From positions 321,966,001 through 322,030,000 of the forward strand of contig OZ024741.1 in NCBI GenBank assembly GCA_964016885.1: DNA of 64,000 nt. The letters are read 5' to 3'. The stretch is from Eledone cirrhosa. Lineage: Eukaryota. Shown piece after piece: positions 1 to 16,600 of the stretch (within the stretch, counting starts at the first letter, position 1; each line of letters opens with the position of its first letter). Position numbers and translations under genes: made by a program. Below the pieces are notes generated by a model. It made no database searches. It saw only the letters and a program-made list of their open reading frames with translations, and was not told the DNA's origin.

Positions 1-444
1 CCAGGGAAGCCCTGCATAAAAACATTATTATATACCATTATTAATATCTGAATGTATTAGCTTATTTATCACTGTTTCTCATGGAACTCCTAGCAACTTC
101 TTGCAGAAACATTGTGTTCTGGGGAACACCAGTTGAGAAACGCTGGTCTAGAGCATAGATTTTCAAATGGGTACCATATAAATACCCCAAGGTGCTATGG
201 CACTTTTAGAGAGCACATAAAAAAGATTGAACATTTGGGGTTCCCAGATATTTCTGGGGAGGCCATCTCAAAATCATAAATTTTACAATAGTTTACTATG
301 ATGTGAGCTGGTTACTAAAACATGAATTGCTCATAAAAGGGATTACTATATACAATAATGACAGGAGTTTTAACTATTACCCACAAAATTTGACTTTCCC
401 TTCGACCATATAGACACTAATCTATCCAAAAGTTACCCTATTAA

Positions 445-668
445 CCCTCTTATGACTGCATTTTTATTGAAATACATTCTATTGAAATTATTGAAGAATT
501 TTGAGAAATTTACTAAAATTGTTGATTATTTGATTACTAAAGTATTAACTTAACATATGGTTGTTGCATAAATAAAATTTTGTTGGAAGATTTTTTATTT
601 AAATAGGAACCTTTTAAAATGGGTGGTTTTGTTTCATGAAACAAGAGCTGGTGTTGGTATCAAAAGGG
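445..668. mobile_element. TTAA-flanked (piggyBac-type) MITE; related copies at about 30947-31170, 31209-31455, 37821-38042 and 51068-51299
   Basis: TTAA|CCCT...AGGG|TTAA ends. Shared internal AAATCTTCCAAC and TTTAGTAAAT blocks. Confidence 0.65.
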
Positions 669-979
669 TTAATATGTTCTAATTTAAATTCAAATCTCAT
701 TATTATATGTAATGCACTGGGTAATTGCTGGCCTTGTGCCTAACGTAGAAACAATTATTATATGACAGATAATATTAGATTTCACTAGTTAAATATTTGT
801 TTTTTATTATTAAGTTGAAAGTTAGTTATTTCTCTAAATTTCTCATAATTCTTGATTATTCATGAAATTAAAATACTAAAGTAGAATCTATTTTTGTTAG
901 AAATATGGTTATGAAAGGGTTAAATTCATTAAAATCAGCTGATCCATCATTTTCAGTAGTTGACATGCCAGACTAATGT

Positions 980-1017
<38 letters not shown>

Positions 1018-1599
1018 CTACTTGTAGTGATGTCTTCTACTAAACTGTTGCCTGCTACTTAATTTTTTTTTGTAAAGATGTTTGAAATACATGTCAATAA
1101 AGTACCTGTTCTACAATTTAAACTGATTCAACAAATATATTATTTCTAGACAAAAGAAATTAAAATCAACAGATATTATTTTTAGATAGAAGAAATTAAA
1201 TGATTTGCTCCTGAGGTAGACTGATTGGAACAATAGACTGCTCCAATTTAAAAGAGATAACTGTCTTGGGAGCTGTTTTTACAGGCGGCTTTAACTTATC
1301 ACTAGAGAGCTGATCAACACTTACCAATATGGCACTCCAGTGCAGTACAACATTTCTTGCCTCACTAACAGTTGTGCCATCACACCACAGTATATGAACT
1401 AACAGGGTAATACTTTCACCATTCAGTCAACTGGGACAATGAGTTGAATTACACCTAGTGTTCTGCATACTATAGAGCATTCTCCCATATTGTACTGGCA
1501 AGTATCACTGGGGTAGAGATTGAATATCAATTTAACCAAAGTCAGAAATTTGATTATTATGTTCTGCTAGTCATTACTTCACTACACCAAACTTTTAAA

Positions 1600-2610
1600 A
1601 CTCTATCAAAGAGTCTATGGCCACAATAATATTGATATCTTCACTACCTACATGTTTTTACCCAGTATATTTCAATATAATATTTCAGGGCTATTACCCT
1701 CTTTTCAAATGTAAAAAGGAAGACTGTTCAAAATAAAACGGTTTTCATTGGTCTACCTCTACTGCGGTTTTCTTCTACTGGGATTTTCTGGCACTTCTTC
1801 ACCCAGCAATCATCATTCATGCACGTCACATGTCCTTACCAATGCAATGTTTTCTCTTAAATCCAACTTCCCTTTCAGTTCATCCAAGGTCTATCATTCC
1901 CTTACATGAACATTGTACATCCAATGAAGCATGCTTGCTTCATTTTTCTCCAACCAACACATATCCTCTGCAGTCACTGTTCATGTTTCACTACCAGGCA
2001 GCATTGCACTTTGTATACAGGTGTCATACAGCCGTCCTTTCATCCATAGGGAGAAACCTTTTGTTGTCAACAGAGAGAGTAGCTCTCCAAATTTTTTCTA
2101 TTTGACCCTTTTCTAGCTGCTATGCTCTCGAAACACCCTCCTCCACTGCTAATTAAATCACCTAGGTAGCAGAAGCTATCAACCACAACCACTTCTACAA
2201 TCCTTCATATGATTGGAAAGGGTTTATATCACTGATGCTCATAGTATCGACTACCTCCTGTGCATTGATTACATACAAAGTCTTCCTTTCCTGGTAGTCT
2301 ACCTGCTAATCTACTACACCTCTTGTGTACCCAAGATTTGCATTGTATACATCATATAGAGTTCCTGCCTATTCCTTTTCTACATATCAAACAAGGCCAC
2401 TGCTCTAATGGGATCAGGGTGCCGTTTTCTCTCCTACATACTAACACTTCAATTTTTTTTTAAATTATTCTCAGCCCTTTTGATTGTTAATTCTGTTTCC
2501 ACAGTTGAAACTGAGTCTCTATTTCTATGGATTCAGCTATAAGAACCAGATCACCAGGATAAAGAATTCCTATGGATAGCCAGTTTTAAACTCCTCTGAC
2601 ATGGCCTGGA
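1600..2610 (-). mobile_element. Highly degenerate RTE-clade LINE reverse transcriptase remnant
   Basis: Minus-strand translation gives LYPGDLVLIAES (about 2530-2567, a decayed YADD motif) and VVDSFCYLGDLISSGGGC (about 2133-2186), typical of RTE RT. Many stops and frameshifts; boundaries approximate. Confidence 0.65.
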
Positions 2611-2657
2611 GAACTATAATGAACAGAAGTTGGGTATGTATGTGTGTATATACATAT

Positions 2658-2690
<33 letters not shown>

Positions 2691-2857
2691 CATTTATACA
2701 TATACATACATATACATATATATACTTATACATATACATATATACATACATACATACTTATACATATATACATACTTATACATACATATACATACTTATA
2801 CATACATATACCTATACATACATATACATACATACACATATATATATATATATATAT

Positions 2858-3420
2858 AGAGTCAGAACGGGATGGAAAAAGTTCAGAGAGCTTATACCAT
2901 AATTGGCCGCTAAAAGGGTTCTCTCTGAAAATGAAAGGCAGGCTGTATGATGCCTGCATACGAACAGCAATGTTATATGGCAGTGAGACCTGGGCATTGT
3001 GTGCAGAGGATATATGCAGACTGGAGAGGAACGAAGCTTGCATGCTCCGTTGGATGTGTAATAGTAATATACGTGAACGGCAAAGCATAAATGAACTAAG
3101 GGAGAAATTAGGAATAAGAGGAATCAGATGTTGTTTACTCGAGAGAAGACTACGTTGGTATGGGCATGTGATGCGCATGAAAGACGACAGCAGTATAAAA
3201 AAGTGCAGGGCGATAAAAATAGATGGTAGCCACGGGGTAGGCAGACCCAGAAAAGTCTGGGACGATTTGATAAATTCCGACCTCATACACTTACACCTCT
3301 CCAAGACAATGTCACTGGACCGAGATCTTTGGCGCTACACAGTAATACAGAAGACCCGCCTTGCCTAAGTACAAAGCGAAACCTACAGTCAGTAGGCACC
3401 TCTAACAAAAATACACCACC
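2858..3420 (+). mobile_element. 5'-truncated RTE-clade LINE 3' end (RT C-terminus plus short 3' UTR) between TA microsatellites
   Basis: [12 protein letters not shown], then a frameshift, then KGRLYDACIRTAMLYGSETW...RRLRWYGHVMRM...GRPRKVW...DRDLWR, stop at 3368. These are hallmark RTE C-terminal motifs. Confidence 0.9.
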
Positions 3421-4783
<1,363 letters not shown>

Positions 4784-5081
4784 ATAAAAACAAATAACGA
4801 AACGAAATTAAATTTCGTTTCGTTTGTAACTCACTTTTGTATGACTGACGCTCAAACAATTAAGTCAAAGATGTACATCCATATATGTATACTGAAATAC
4901 TAGTATGTATATGAATACACACACGTATACATATGTAGATGTACCAAGTTTTTTTTCACTGATCACTTTACTGTGAGTGGCCAGCTATTCTGTATGTAAA
5001 CACACAGACAAACCGGTTTTTAGAGTCATACTGGTTTTTGAGGAAACACCTTTCCTCTATTCTCCAGAAAGCCAGACAAGG

Positions 5082-5126
5082 AATATTGAACTAGTTTCGT
5101 TGTTGTTACAACTCATCAGCAATATT
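5082..5126 (-). ncRNA. Type I hammerhead ribozyme, first of 6 minus-strand copies (starts 5082, 5551, 6020, 6489, 6958, 7427)
   Basis: Reverse complement of the motif described at 7845-7889. Confidence 0.88.
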
Positions 5127-7844
5127 TACCTATCTTCCGGCCTCTCTAGAGAATCGTAAAAGCACATATCGCTATATGCTTTTTCTATGAAAATTAGTAG
5201 TGGGCAGACCAACTTGCATAGAGTGTGAGTAAGTACCGGTTCAACGGAGACGATAAAAACAAATAACGAAACGAAATTAAATTTCGTTTCGTTTGTAACT
5301 CACTTTTGTATGACTGACGCTCAAACAATTAAGTCAAAGATGTACATCCATATATGTATACTGAAATACTAGTATGTATATGAATACACACACGTGTACA
5401 TATGTAGATGTACCAAGTTTTTTTTCACTGATCACTTTACTGTGAGTGGCCAGCTATTCTGTATGTAAACACACAGACAAACCGGTTTTTAGAGTCATAC
5501 TGGTTTTTGAGGAAACACCTTTCCTCTATTCTCCAGAAAGCCAGACAAGGAATATTGAACTAGTTTCGTTGTTGTTACAACTCATCAGCAATATTTACCT
5601 ATCTTCCGGCCTCTCTAGAGAATCGTAAAAGCACATATCGCTATATGCTTTTTCTATGAAAATTAGTAGTGGGCAGACCAACTTGCATAGAGTGTGAGTA
5701 AGTACCGGTTCAACGGAGACGATAAAAACAAATAACGAAACGAAATTAAATTTCGTTTCGTTTGTAACTCACTTTTGTATGACTGACGCTCAAACAATTA
5801 AGTCAAAGATGTACATCCATATATGTATACTGAAATACTAGTATGTATATGAATACACACACGTATACATATGTAGATGTACCAAGTTTTTTTTCACTGA
5901 TCACTTTACTGTGAGTGGCCAGCTATTCTGTATGTAAACACACAGACAAACCGGTTTTTAGAGTCATACTGGTTTTTGAGGAAACACCTTTCCTCTATTC
6001 TCCAGAAAGCCAGACAAGGAATATTGAACTAGTTTCGTTGTTGTTACAACTCATCAGCAATATTTACCTATCTTCCGGCCTCTCTAGAGAATCGTAAAAG
6101 CACATATCGCTATATGCTTTTTCTATGAAAATTAGTAGTGGGCAGACCAACTTGCATAGAGTGTGAGTAAGTACCGGTTCAACGGAGACGATAAAAACAA
6201 ATAACGAAACGAAATTAAATTTCGTTTCGTTTGTAACTCACTTTTGTATGACTGACGCTCAAACAATTAAGTCAAAGATGTACATCCATATATGTATACT
6301 GAAATACTAGTATGTATATGAATACACACACGTATACATATGTAGATGTACCAAGTTTTTTTTCACTGATCACTTTACTGTGAGTGGCCAGCTATTCTGT
6401 ATGTAAACACACAGACAAACCGGTTTTTAGAGTCATACTGGTTTTTGAGGAAACACCTTTCCTCTATTCTCCAGAAAGCCAGACAAGGAATATTGAACTA
6501 GTTTCGTTGTTGTTACAACTCATCAGCAATATTTACCTATCTTCCGGCCTCTCTAGAGAATCGTAAAAGCACATATCGCTATATGCTTTTTCTATGAAAA
6601 TTAGTAGTGGGCAGACCAACTTGCATAGAGTGTGAGTAAGTACCGGTTCAACGGAGACGATAAAAACAAATAACGAAACGAAATTAAATTTCGTTTCGTT
6701 TGTAACTCACTTTTGTATGACTGACGCTCAAACAATTAAGTCAAAGATGTACATCCATATATGTATACTGAAATACTAGTATGTATATGAATACACACAC
6801 GTATACATATGTAGATGTACCAAGTTTTTTTTCACTGATCACTTTACTGTGAGTGGCCAGCTATTCTGTATGTAAACACACAGACAAACCGGTTTTTAGA
6901 GTCATACTGGTTTTTGAGGAAACACCTTTCCTCTATTCTCCAGAAAGCCAGACAAGGAATATTGAACTAGTTTCGTTGTTGTTACAACTCATCAGCAATA
7001 TTTACCTATCTTCCGGCCTCTCTAGAGAATCGTAAAAGCACATATCGCTATATGCTTTTTCTATGAAAATTAGTAGTGGGCAGACCAACTTGCATAGAGT
7101 GTGAGTAAGTACCGGTTCAACGGAGACGATAAAAACAAATAACGAAACGAAATTAAATTTCGTTTCGTTTGTAACTCACTTTTGTATGACTGACGCTCAA
7201 ACAATTAAGTCAAAGATGTACATCCATATATGTATACTGAAATACTAGTATGTATATGAATACACACACGTATACATATGTAGATGTACCAAGTTTTTTT
7301 TCACTGATCACTTTACTGTGAGTGGCCAGCTATTCTGTATGTAAACACACAGACAAACCGGTTTTTAGAGTCATACTGGTTTTTGAGGAAACACCTTTCC
7401 TCTATTCTCCAGAAAGCCAGACAAGGAATATTGAACTAGTTTCGTTGTTGTTACAACTCATCAGCAATATTTACCTATCTTCCGGCCTCTCTAGAGAATC
7501 GTAAAAGCACATATCGCTATATGCTTTTTCTATGAAAATTAGTAGTGGGCAGACCAACTTGCATAGAGTGTGAGTAAGTACCGGTTCAACGGAGACGATA
7601 AAAACAAATAACGAAACGAAATTAAATTTCGTTTCGTTTGTAACTCACTTTTGTATGACTGACGCTCAAACAATTAAGTCAAAGATGTACATCCATATAT
7701 GTATACTGAAATACTAGTATGTATATGAATACACACACGTATACATATGTAGATGTACCAAGTTTTTTTTCACTGATCACTTTACTGAAAAGCATATAGC
7801 GATATGTGCTTTTACGATTCTCTAGAGAGGCCGGAAGATAGGTA

Positions 7845-7889
7845 AATATTGCTGATGAGTTGTAACAACAACGAAACTAGTTCAATATT
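7845..7889 (+). ncRNA. Type I hammerhead ribozyme, first of 12 plus-strand copies (7845+469k, last copy 13004-13048)
   Basis: AATATTG-CTGATGA-GTTGT(AACA)ACAAC-GAA-AC(TA)GT-T-CAATATT. It has a 7-bp stem I, an intact CUGAUGA and GAAA core, a 5-bp stem II, a palindromic minimal stem III (ACUAGU) and a GUU cleavage triplet (predicted cut after 7882). Confidence 0.9.
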
Positions 7890-10800
7890 CCTTGTCTGGC
7901 TTTCTGGAGAATAGAGGAAAGGTGTTTCCTCAAAAACCAGTATGACTCTAAAAACCGGTTTGTCTGTGTGTTTACATACAGAATAGCTGGCCACTCACAG
8001 TAAAGTGATCAGTGAAAAAAAACTTGGTACATCTACATATGTATACGTGTGTGTATTCATATACATACTAGTATTTCAGTATACATATATGGATGTACAT
8101 CTTTGACTTAATTGTTTGAGCGTCAGTCATACAAAAGTGAGTTACAAACGAAACGAAATTTAATTTCGTTTCGTTATTTGTTTTTATCGTCTCCGTTGAA
8201 CCGGTACTTACTCACACTCTATGCAAGTTGGTCTGCCCACTACTAATTTTCATAGAAAAAGCATATAGCGATATGTGCTTTTACGATTCTCTAGAGAGGC
8301 CGGAAGATAGGTAAATATTGCTGATGAGTTGTAACAACAACGAAACTAGTTCAATATTCCTTGTCTGGCTTTCTGGAGAATAGAGGAAAGGTGTTTCCTC
8401 AAAAACCAGTATGACTCTAAAAACCGGTTTGTCTGTGTGTTTACATACAGAATAGCTGGCCACTCACAGTAAAGTGATCAGTGAAAAAAAACTTGGTACA
8501 TCTACATATGTATACGTGTGTGTATTCATATACATACTAGTATTTCAGTATACATATATGGATGTACATCTTTGACTTAATTGTTTGAGCGTCAGTCATA
8601 CAAAAGTGAGTTACAAACGAAACGAAATTTAATTTCGTTTCGTTATTTGTTTTTATCGTCTCCGTTGAACCGGTACTTACTCACACTCTATGCAAGTTGG
8701 TCTGCCCACTACTAATTTTCATAGAAAAAGCATATAGCGATATGTGCTTTTACGATTCTCTAGAGAGGCCGGAAGATAGGTAAATATTGCTGATGAGTTG
8801 TAACAACAACGAAACTAGTTCAATATTCCTTGTCTGGCTTTCTGGAGAATAGAGGAAAGGTGTTTCCTCAAAAACCAGTATGACTCTAAAAACCGGTTTG
8901 TCTGTGTGTTTACATACAGAATAGCTGGCCACTCACAGTAAAGTGATCAGTGAAAAAAAACTTGGTACATCTACATATGTATACGTGTGTGTATTCATAT
9001 ACATACTAGTATTTCAGTATACATATATGGATGTACATCTTTGACTTAATTGTTTGAGCGTCAGTCATACAAAAGTGAGTTACAAACGAAACGAAATTTA
9101 ATTTCGTTTCGTTATTTGTTTTTATCGTCTCCGTTGAACCGGTACTTACTCACACTCTATGCAAGTTGGTCTGCCCACTACTAATTTTCATAGAAAAAGC
9201 ATATAGCGATATGTGCTTTTACGATTCTCTAGAGAGGCCGGAAGATAGGTAAATATTGCTGATGAGTTGTAACAACAACGAAACTAGTTCAATATTCCTT
9301 GTCTGGCTTTCTGGAGAATAGAGGAAAGGTGTTTCCTCAAAAACCAGTATGACTCTAAAAACCGGTTTGTCTGTGTGTTTACATACAGAATAGCTGGCCA
9401 CTCACAGTAAAGTGATCAGTGAAAAAAAACTTGGTACATCTACATATGTATACGTGTGTGTATTCATATACATACTAGTATTTCAGTATACATATATGGA
9501 TGTACATCTTTGACTTAATTGTTTGAGCGTCAGTCATACAAAAGTGAGTTACAAACGAAACGAAATTTAATTTCGTTTCGTTATTTGTTTTTATCGTCTC
9601 CGTTGAACCGGTACTTACTCACACTCTATGCAAGTTGGTCTGCCCACTACTAATTTTCATAGAAAAAGCATATAGCGATATGTGCTTTTACGATTCTCTA
9701 GAGAGGCCGGAAGATAGGTAAATATTGCTGATGAGTTGTAACAACAACGAAACTAGTTCAATATTCCTTGTCTGGCTTTCTGGAGAATAGAGGAAAGGTG
9801 TTTCCTCAAAAACCAGTATGACTCTAAAAACCGGTTTGTCTGTGTGTTTACATACAGAATAGCTGGCCACTCACAGTAAAGTGATCAGTGAAAAAAAACT
9901 TGGTACATCTACATATGTATACGTGTGTGTATTCATATACATACTAGTATTTCAGTATACATATATGGATGTACATCTTTGACTTAATTGTTTGAGCGTC
10001 AGTCATACAAAAGTGAGTTACAAACGAAACGAAATTTAATTTCGTTTCGTTATTTGTTTTTATCGTCTCCGTTGAACCGGTACTTACTCACACTCTATGC
10101 AAGTTGGTCTGCCCACTACTAATTTTCATAGAAAAAGCATATAGCGATATGTGCTTTTACGATTCTCTAGAGAGGCCGGAAGATAGGTAAATATTGCTGA
10201 TGAGTTGTAACAACAACGAAACTAGTTCAATATTCCTTGTCTGGCTTTCTGGAGAATAGAGGAAAGGTGTTTCCTCAAAAACCAGTATGACTCTAAAAAC
10301 CGGTTTGTCTGTGTGTTTACATACAGAATAGCTGGCCACTCACAGTAAAGTGATCAGTGAAAAAAAACTTGGTACATCTACATATGTATACGTGTGTGTA
10401 TTCATATACATACTAGTATTTCAGTATACATATATGGATGTACATCTTTGACTTAATTGTTTGAGCGTCAGTCATACAAAAGTGAGTTACAAACGAAACG
10501 AAATTTAATTTCGTTTCGTTATTTGTTTTTATCGTCTCCGTTGAACCGGTACTTACTCACACTCTATGCAAGTTGGTCTGCCCACTACTAATTTTCATAG
10601 AAAAAGCATATAGCGATATGTGCTTTTACGATTCTCTAGAGAGGCCGGAAGATAGGTAAATATTGCTGATGAGTTGTAACAACAACGAAACTAGTTCAAT
10701 ATTCCTTGTCTGGCTTTCTGGAGAATAGAGGAAAGGTGTTTCCTCAAAAACCAGTATGACTCTAAAAACCGGTTTGTCTGTGTGTTTACATACAGAATAG

Positions 10801-13267
10801 CTGGCCACTCACAGTAAAGTGATCAGTGAAAAAAAACTTGGTACATCTACATATGTATACGTGTGTGTATTCATATACATACTAGTATTTCAGTATACAT
10901 ATATGGATGTACATCTTTGACTTAATTGTTTGAGCGTCAGTCATACAAAAGTGAGTTACAAACGAAACGAAATTTAATTTCGTTTCGTTATTTGTTTTTA
11001 TCGTCTCCGTTGAACCGGTACTTACTCACACTCTATGCAAGTTGGTCTGCCCACTACTAATTTTCATAGAAAAAGCATATAGCGATATGTGCTTTTACGA
11101 TTCTCTAGAGAGGCCGGAAGATAGGTAAATATTGCTGATGAGTTGTAACAACAACGAAACTAGTTCAATATTCCTTGTCTGGCTTTCTGGAGAATAGAGG
11201 AAAGGTGTTTCCTCAAAAACCAGTATGACTCTAAAAACCGGTTTGTCTGTGTGTTTACATACAGAATAGCTGGCCACTCACAGTAAAGTGATCAGTGAAA
11301 AAAAACTTGGTACATCTACATATGTATACGTGTGTGTATTCATATACATACTAGTATTTCAGTATACATATATGGATGTACATCTTTGACTTAATTGTTT
11401 GAGCGTCAGTCATACAAAAGTGAGTTACAAACGAAACGAAATTTAATTTCGTTTCGTTATTTGTTTTTATCGTCTCCGTTGAACCGGTACTTACTCACAC
11501 TCTATGCAAGTTGGTCTGCCCACTACTAATTTTCATAGAAAAAGCATATAGCGATATGTGCTTTTACGATTCTCTAGAGAGGCCGGAAGATAGGTAAATA
11601 TTGCTGATGAGTTGTAACAACAACGAAACTAGTTCAATATTCCTTGTCTGGCTTTCTGGAGAATAGAGGAAAGGTGTTTCCTCAAAAACCAGTATGACTC
11701 TAAAAACCGGTTTGTCTGTGTGTTTACATACAGAATAGCTGGCCACTCACAGTAAAGTGATCAGTGAAAAAAAACTTGGTACATCTACATATGTATACGT
11801 GTGTGTATTCATATACATACTAGTATTTCAGTATACATATATGGATGTACATCTTTGACTTAATTGTTTGAGCGTCAGTCATACAAAAGTGAGTTACAAA
11901 CGAAACGAAATTTAATTTCGTTTCGTTATTTGTTTTTATCGTCTCCGTTGAACCGGTACTTACTCACACTCTATGCAAGTTGGTCTGCCCACTACTAATT
12001 TTCATAGAAAAAGCATATAGCGATATGTGCTTTTACGATTCTCTAGAGAGGCCGGAAGATAGGTAAATATTGCTGATGAGTTGTAACAACAACGAAACTA
12101 GTTCAATATTCCTTGTCTGGCTTTCTGGAGAATAGAGGAAAGGTGTTTCCTCAAAAACCAGTATGACTCTAAAAACCGGTTTGTCTGTGTGTTTACATAC
12201 AGAATAGCTGGCCACTCACAGTAAAGTGATCAGTGAAAAAAAACTTGGTACATCTACATATGTATACGTGTGTGTATTCATATACATACTAGTATTTCAG
12301 TATACATATATGGATGTACATCTTTGACTTAATTGTTTGAGCGTCAGTCATACAAAAGTGAGTTACAAACGAAACGAAATTTAATTTCGTTTCGTTATTT
12401 GTTTTTATCGTCTCCGTTGAACCGGTACTTACTCACACTCTATGCAAGTTGGTCTGCCCACTACTAATTTTCATAGAAAAAGCATATAGCGATATGTGCT
12501 TTTACGATTCTCTAGAGAGGCCGGAAGATAGGTAAATATTGCTGATGAGTTGTAACAACAACGAAACTAGTTCAATATTCCTTGTCTGGCTTTCTGGAGA
12601 ATAGAGGAAAGGTGTTTCCTCAAAAACCAGTATGACTCTAAAAACCGGTTTGTCTGTGTGTTTACATACAGAATAGCTGGCCACTCACAGTAAAGTGATC
12701 AGTGAAAAAAAACTTGGTACATCTACATATGTATACGTGTGTGTATTCATATACATACTAGTATTTCAGTATACATATATGGATGTACATCTTTGACTTA
12801 ATTGTTTGAGCGTCAGTCATACAAAAGTGAGTTACAAACGAAACGAAATTTAATTTCGTTTCGTTATTTGTTTTTATCGTCTCCGTTGAACCGGTACTTA
12901 CTCACACTCTATGCAAGTTGGTCTGCCCACTACTAATTTTCATAGAAAAAGCATATAGCGATATGTGCTTTTACGATTCTCTAGAGAGGCCGGAAGATAG
13001 GTAAATATTGCTGATGAGTTGTAACAACAACGAAACTAGTTCAATATTCCTTGTCTGGCTTTCTGGAGAATAGAGGAAAGGTGTTTCCTCAAAAACCAGT
13101 ATGACTCTAAAAACCGGTTTGTCTGTGTGTTTACATACAGAATAGCTGGCCACTCACAGTAAAGTGATCAGTGAAAAAAAACTTGGTACATCTACATATG
13201 TATACGTGTGTGTATTCATATACATACTAGTATTTCAGTATACATATATGGATGTACATCTTTGACT

Positions 13268-14692
<1,425 letters not shown>

Positions 14693-14737
14693 TATATATA
14701 TATATATATACATATACATACATATATATATATACAT

Positions 14738-14776
<39 letters not shown>

Positions 14777-14821
14777 CATACATATATATATATACATATA
14801 CATACATATATATATATACAT

Positions 14822-14852
<31 letters not shown>

Positions 14853-14864
14853 CATATACATACC

Positions 14865-15010
14865 TATGGTAGAGAATGTTGAGAAGCCGAGGGGATCACT
14901 AATGTAGGTGGGAAGCCGCTAGAATTGGTTGAGGACTTCTTGTATTTGGGAGCAAAGATTGGGAATACGGAATATGATGTGGTTGAGAGGAGGAGCAAAG
15001 CCTGGGCTAT
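14865..15010 (+). mobile_element. RTE-like LINE RT fragment
   Basis: Encodes [14 protein letters not shown]...RRSKAWA (F.YLG motif downstream of the RT core). Confidence 0.7.
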
Positions 15011-16280
<1,270 letters not shown>

Positions 16281-16600
16281 GGTGGCTGCCAACTCGTTTT
16301 CGAGTACGTCCACTACTTTATATCCATGTAGGAGAACCCCTACCGATGTGCTGAACGAGTCTGACTTTTTAGTCCAGCCAGCGACTTCACAACTCTGGTA
16401 CAAACAATACACCTGTGACCATTATTGACACATAGTGCTGGGCCCATGGTACCATGTGACGACAAGTGCAGAGAGATCTCCAGATATAAAGAAATGCCTG
16501 TGCTGTGAAGCTTTTATAGTGAGCAAAGGCACTGCACAAAGCCAGTCCCACTCTCTTAACCAAGATGATATTTACCAAAAAGAAGAACAAGTCAACATCA
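16281..16600 (-). mobile_element. Degenerate non-LTR RT fragment
   Basis: Minus strand gives ...[14 protein letters not shown], resembling the F.T.VGV.QG RT motif. Flanked by TA tracts. Confidence 0.45.

Larger units (their letters stand above)
4784..13267. repeat. 469-bp tandem array, about 18.1 units: 6.4 units in one orientation (4784-7787) and 11.7 units inverted (7788-13267). Retrozyme / Penelope pseudo-LTR-like.
   Basis: An identical 60-codon ORF recurs every 469 bp (6 on +, 12 on -). The only substitution I noticed by eye is G at 5396. Every unit contains a hammerhead motif. Confidence 0.97.

Noticed and set aside
4977-5159. 60-aa ORF repeated 18 times
   Set aside because: It starts at GTG, has no recognisable motif and lies antisense to the hammerhead. 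The RNA structure explains the repeat better.
4784-13267. CRISPR array, or tandem 5S/tRNA/snRNA gene cluster
   Set aside because: There are no unique spacers and the context is eukaryotic. I recognise no 5S, tRNA or snRNA sequence in the unit.
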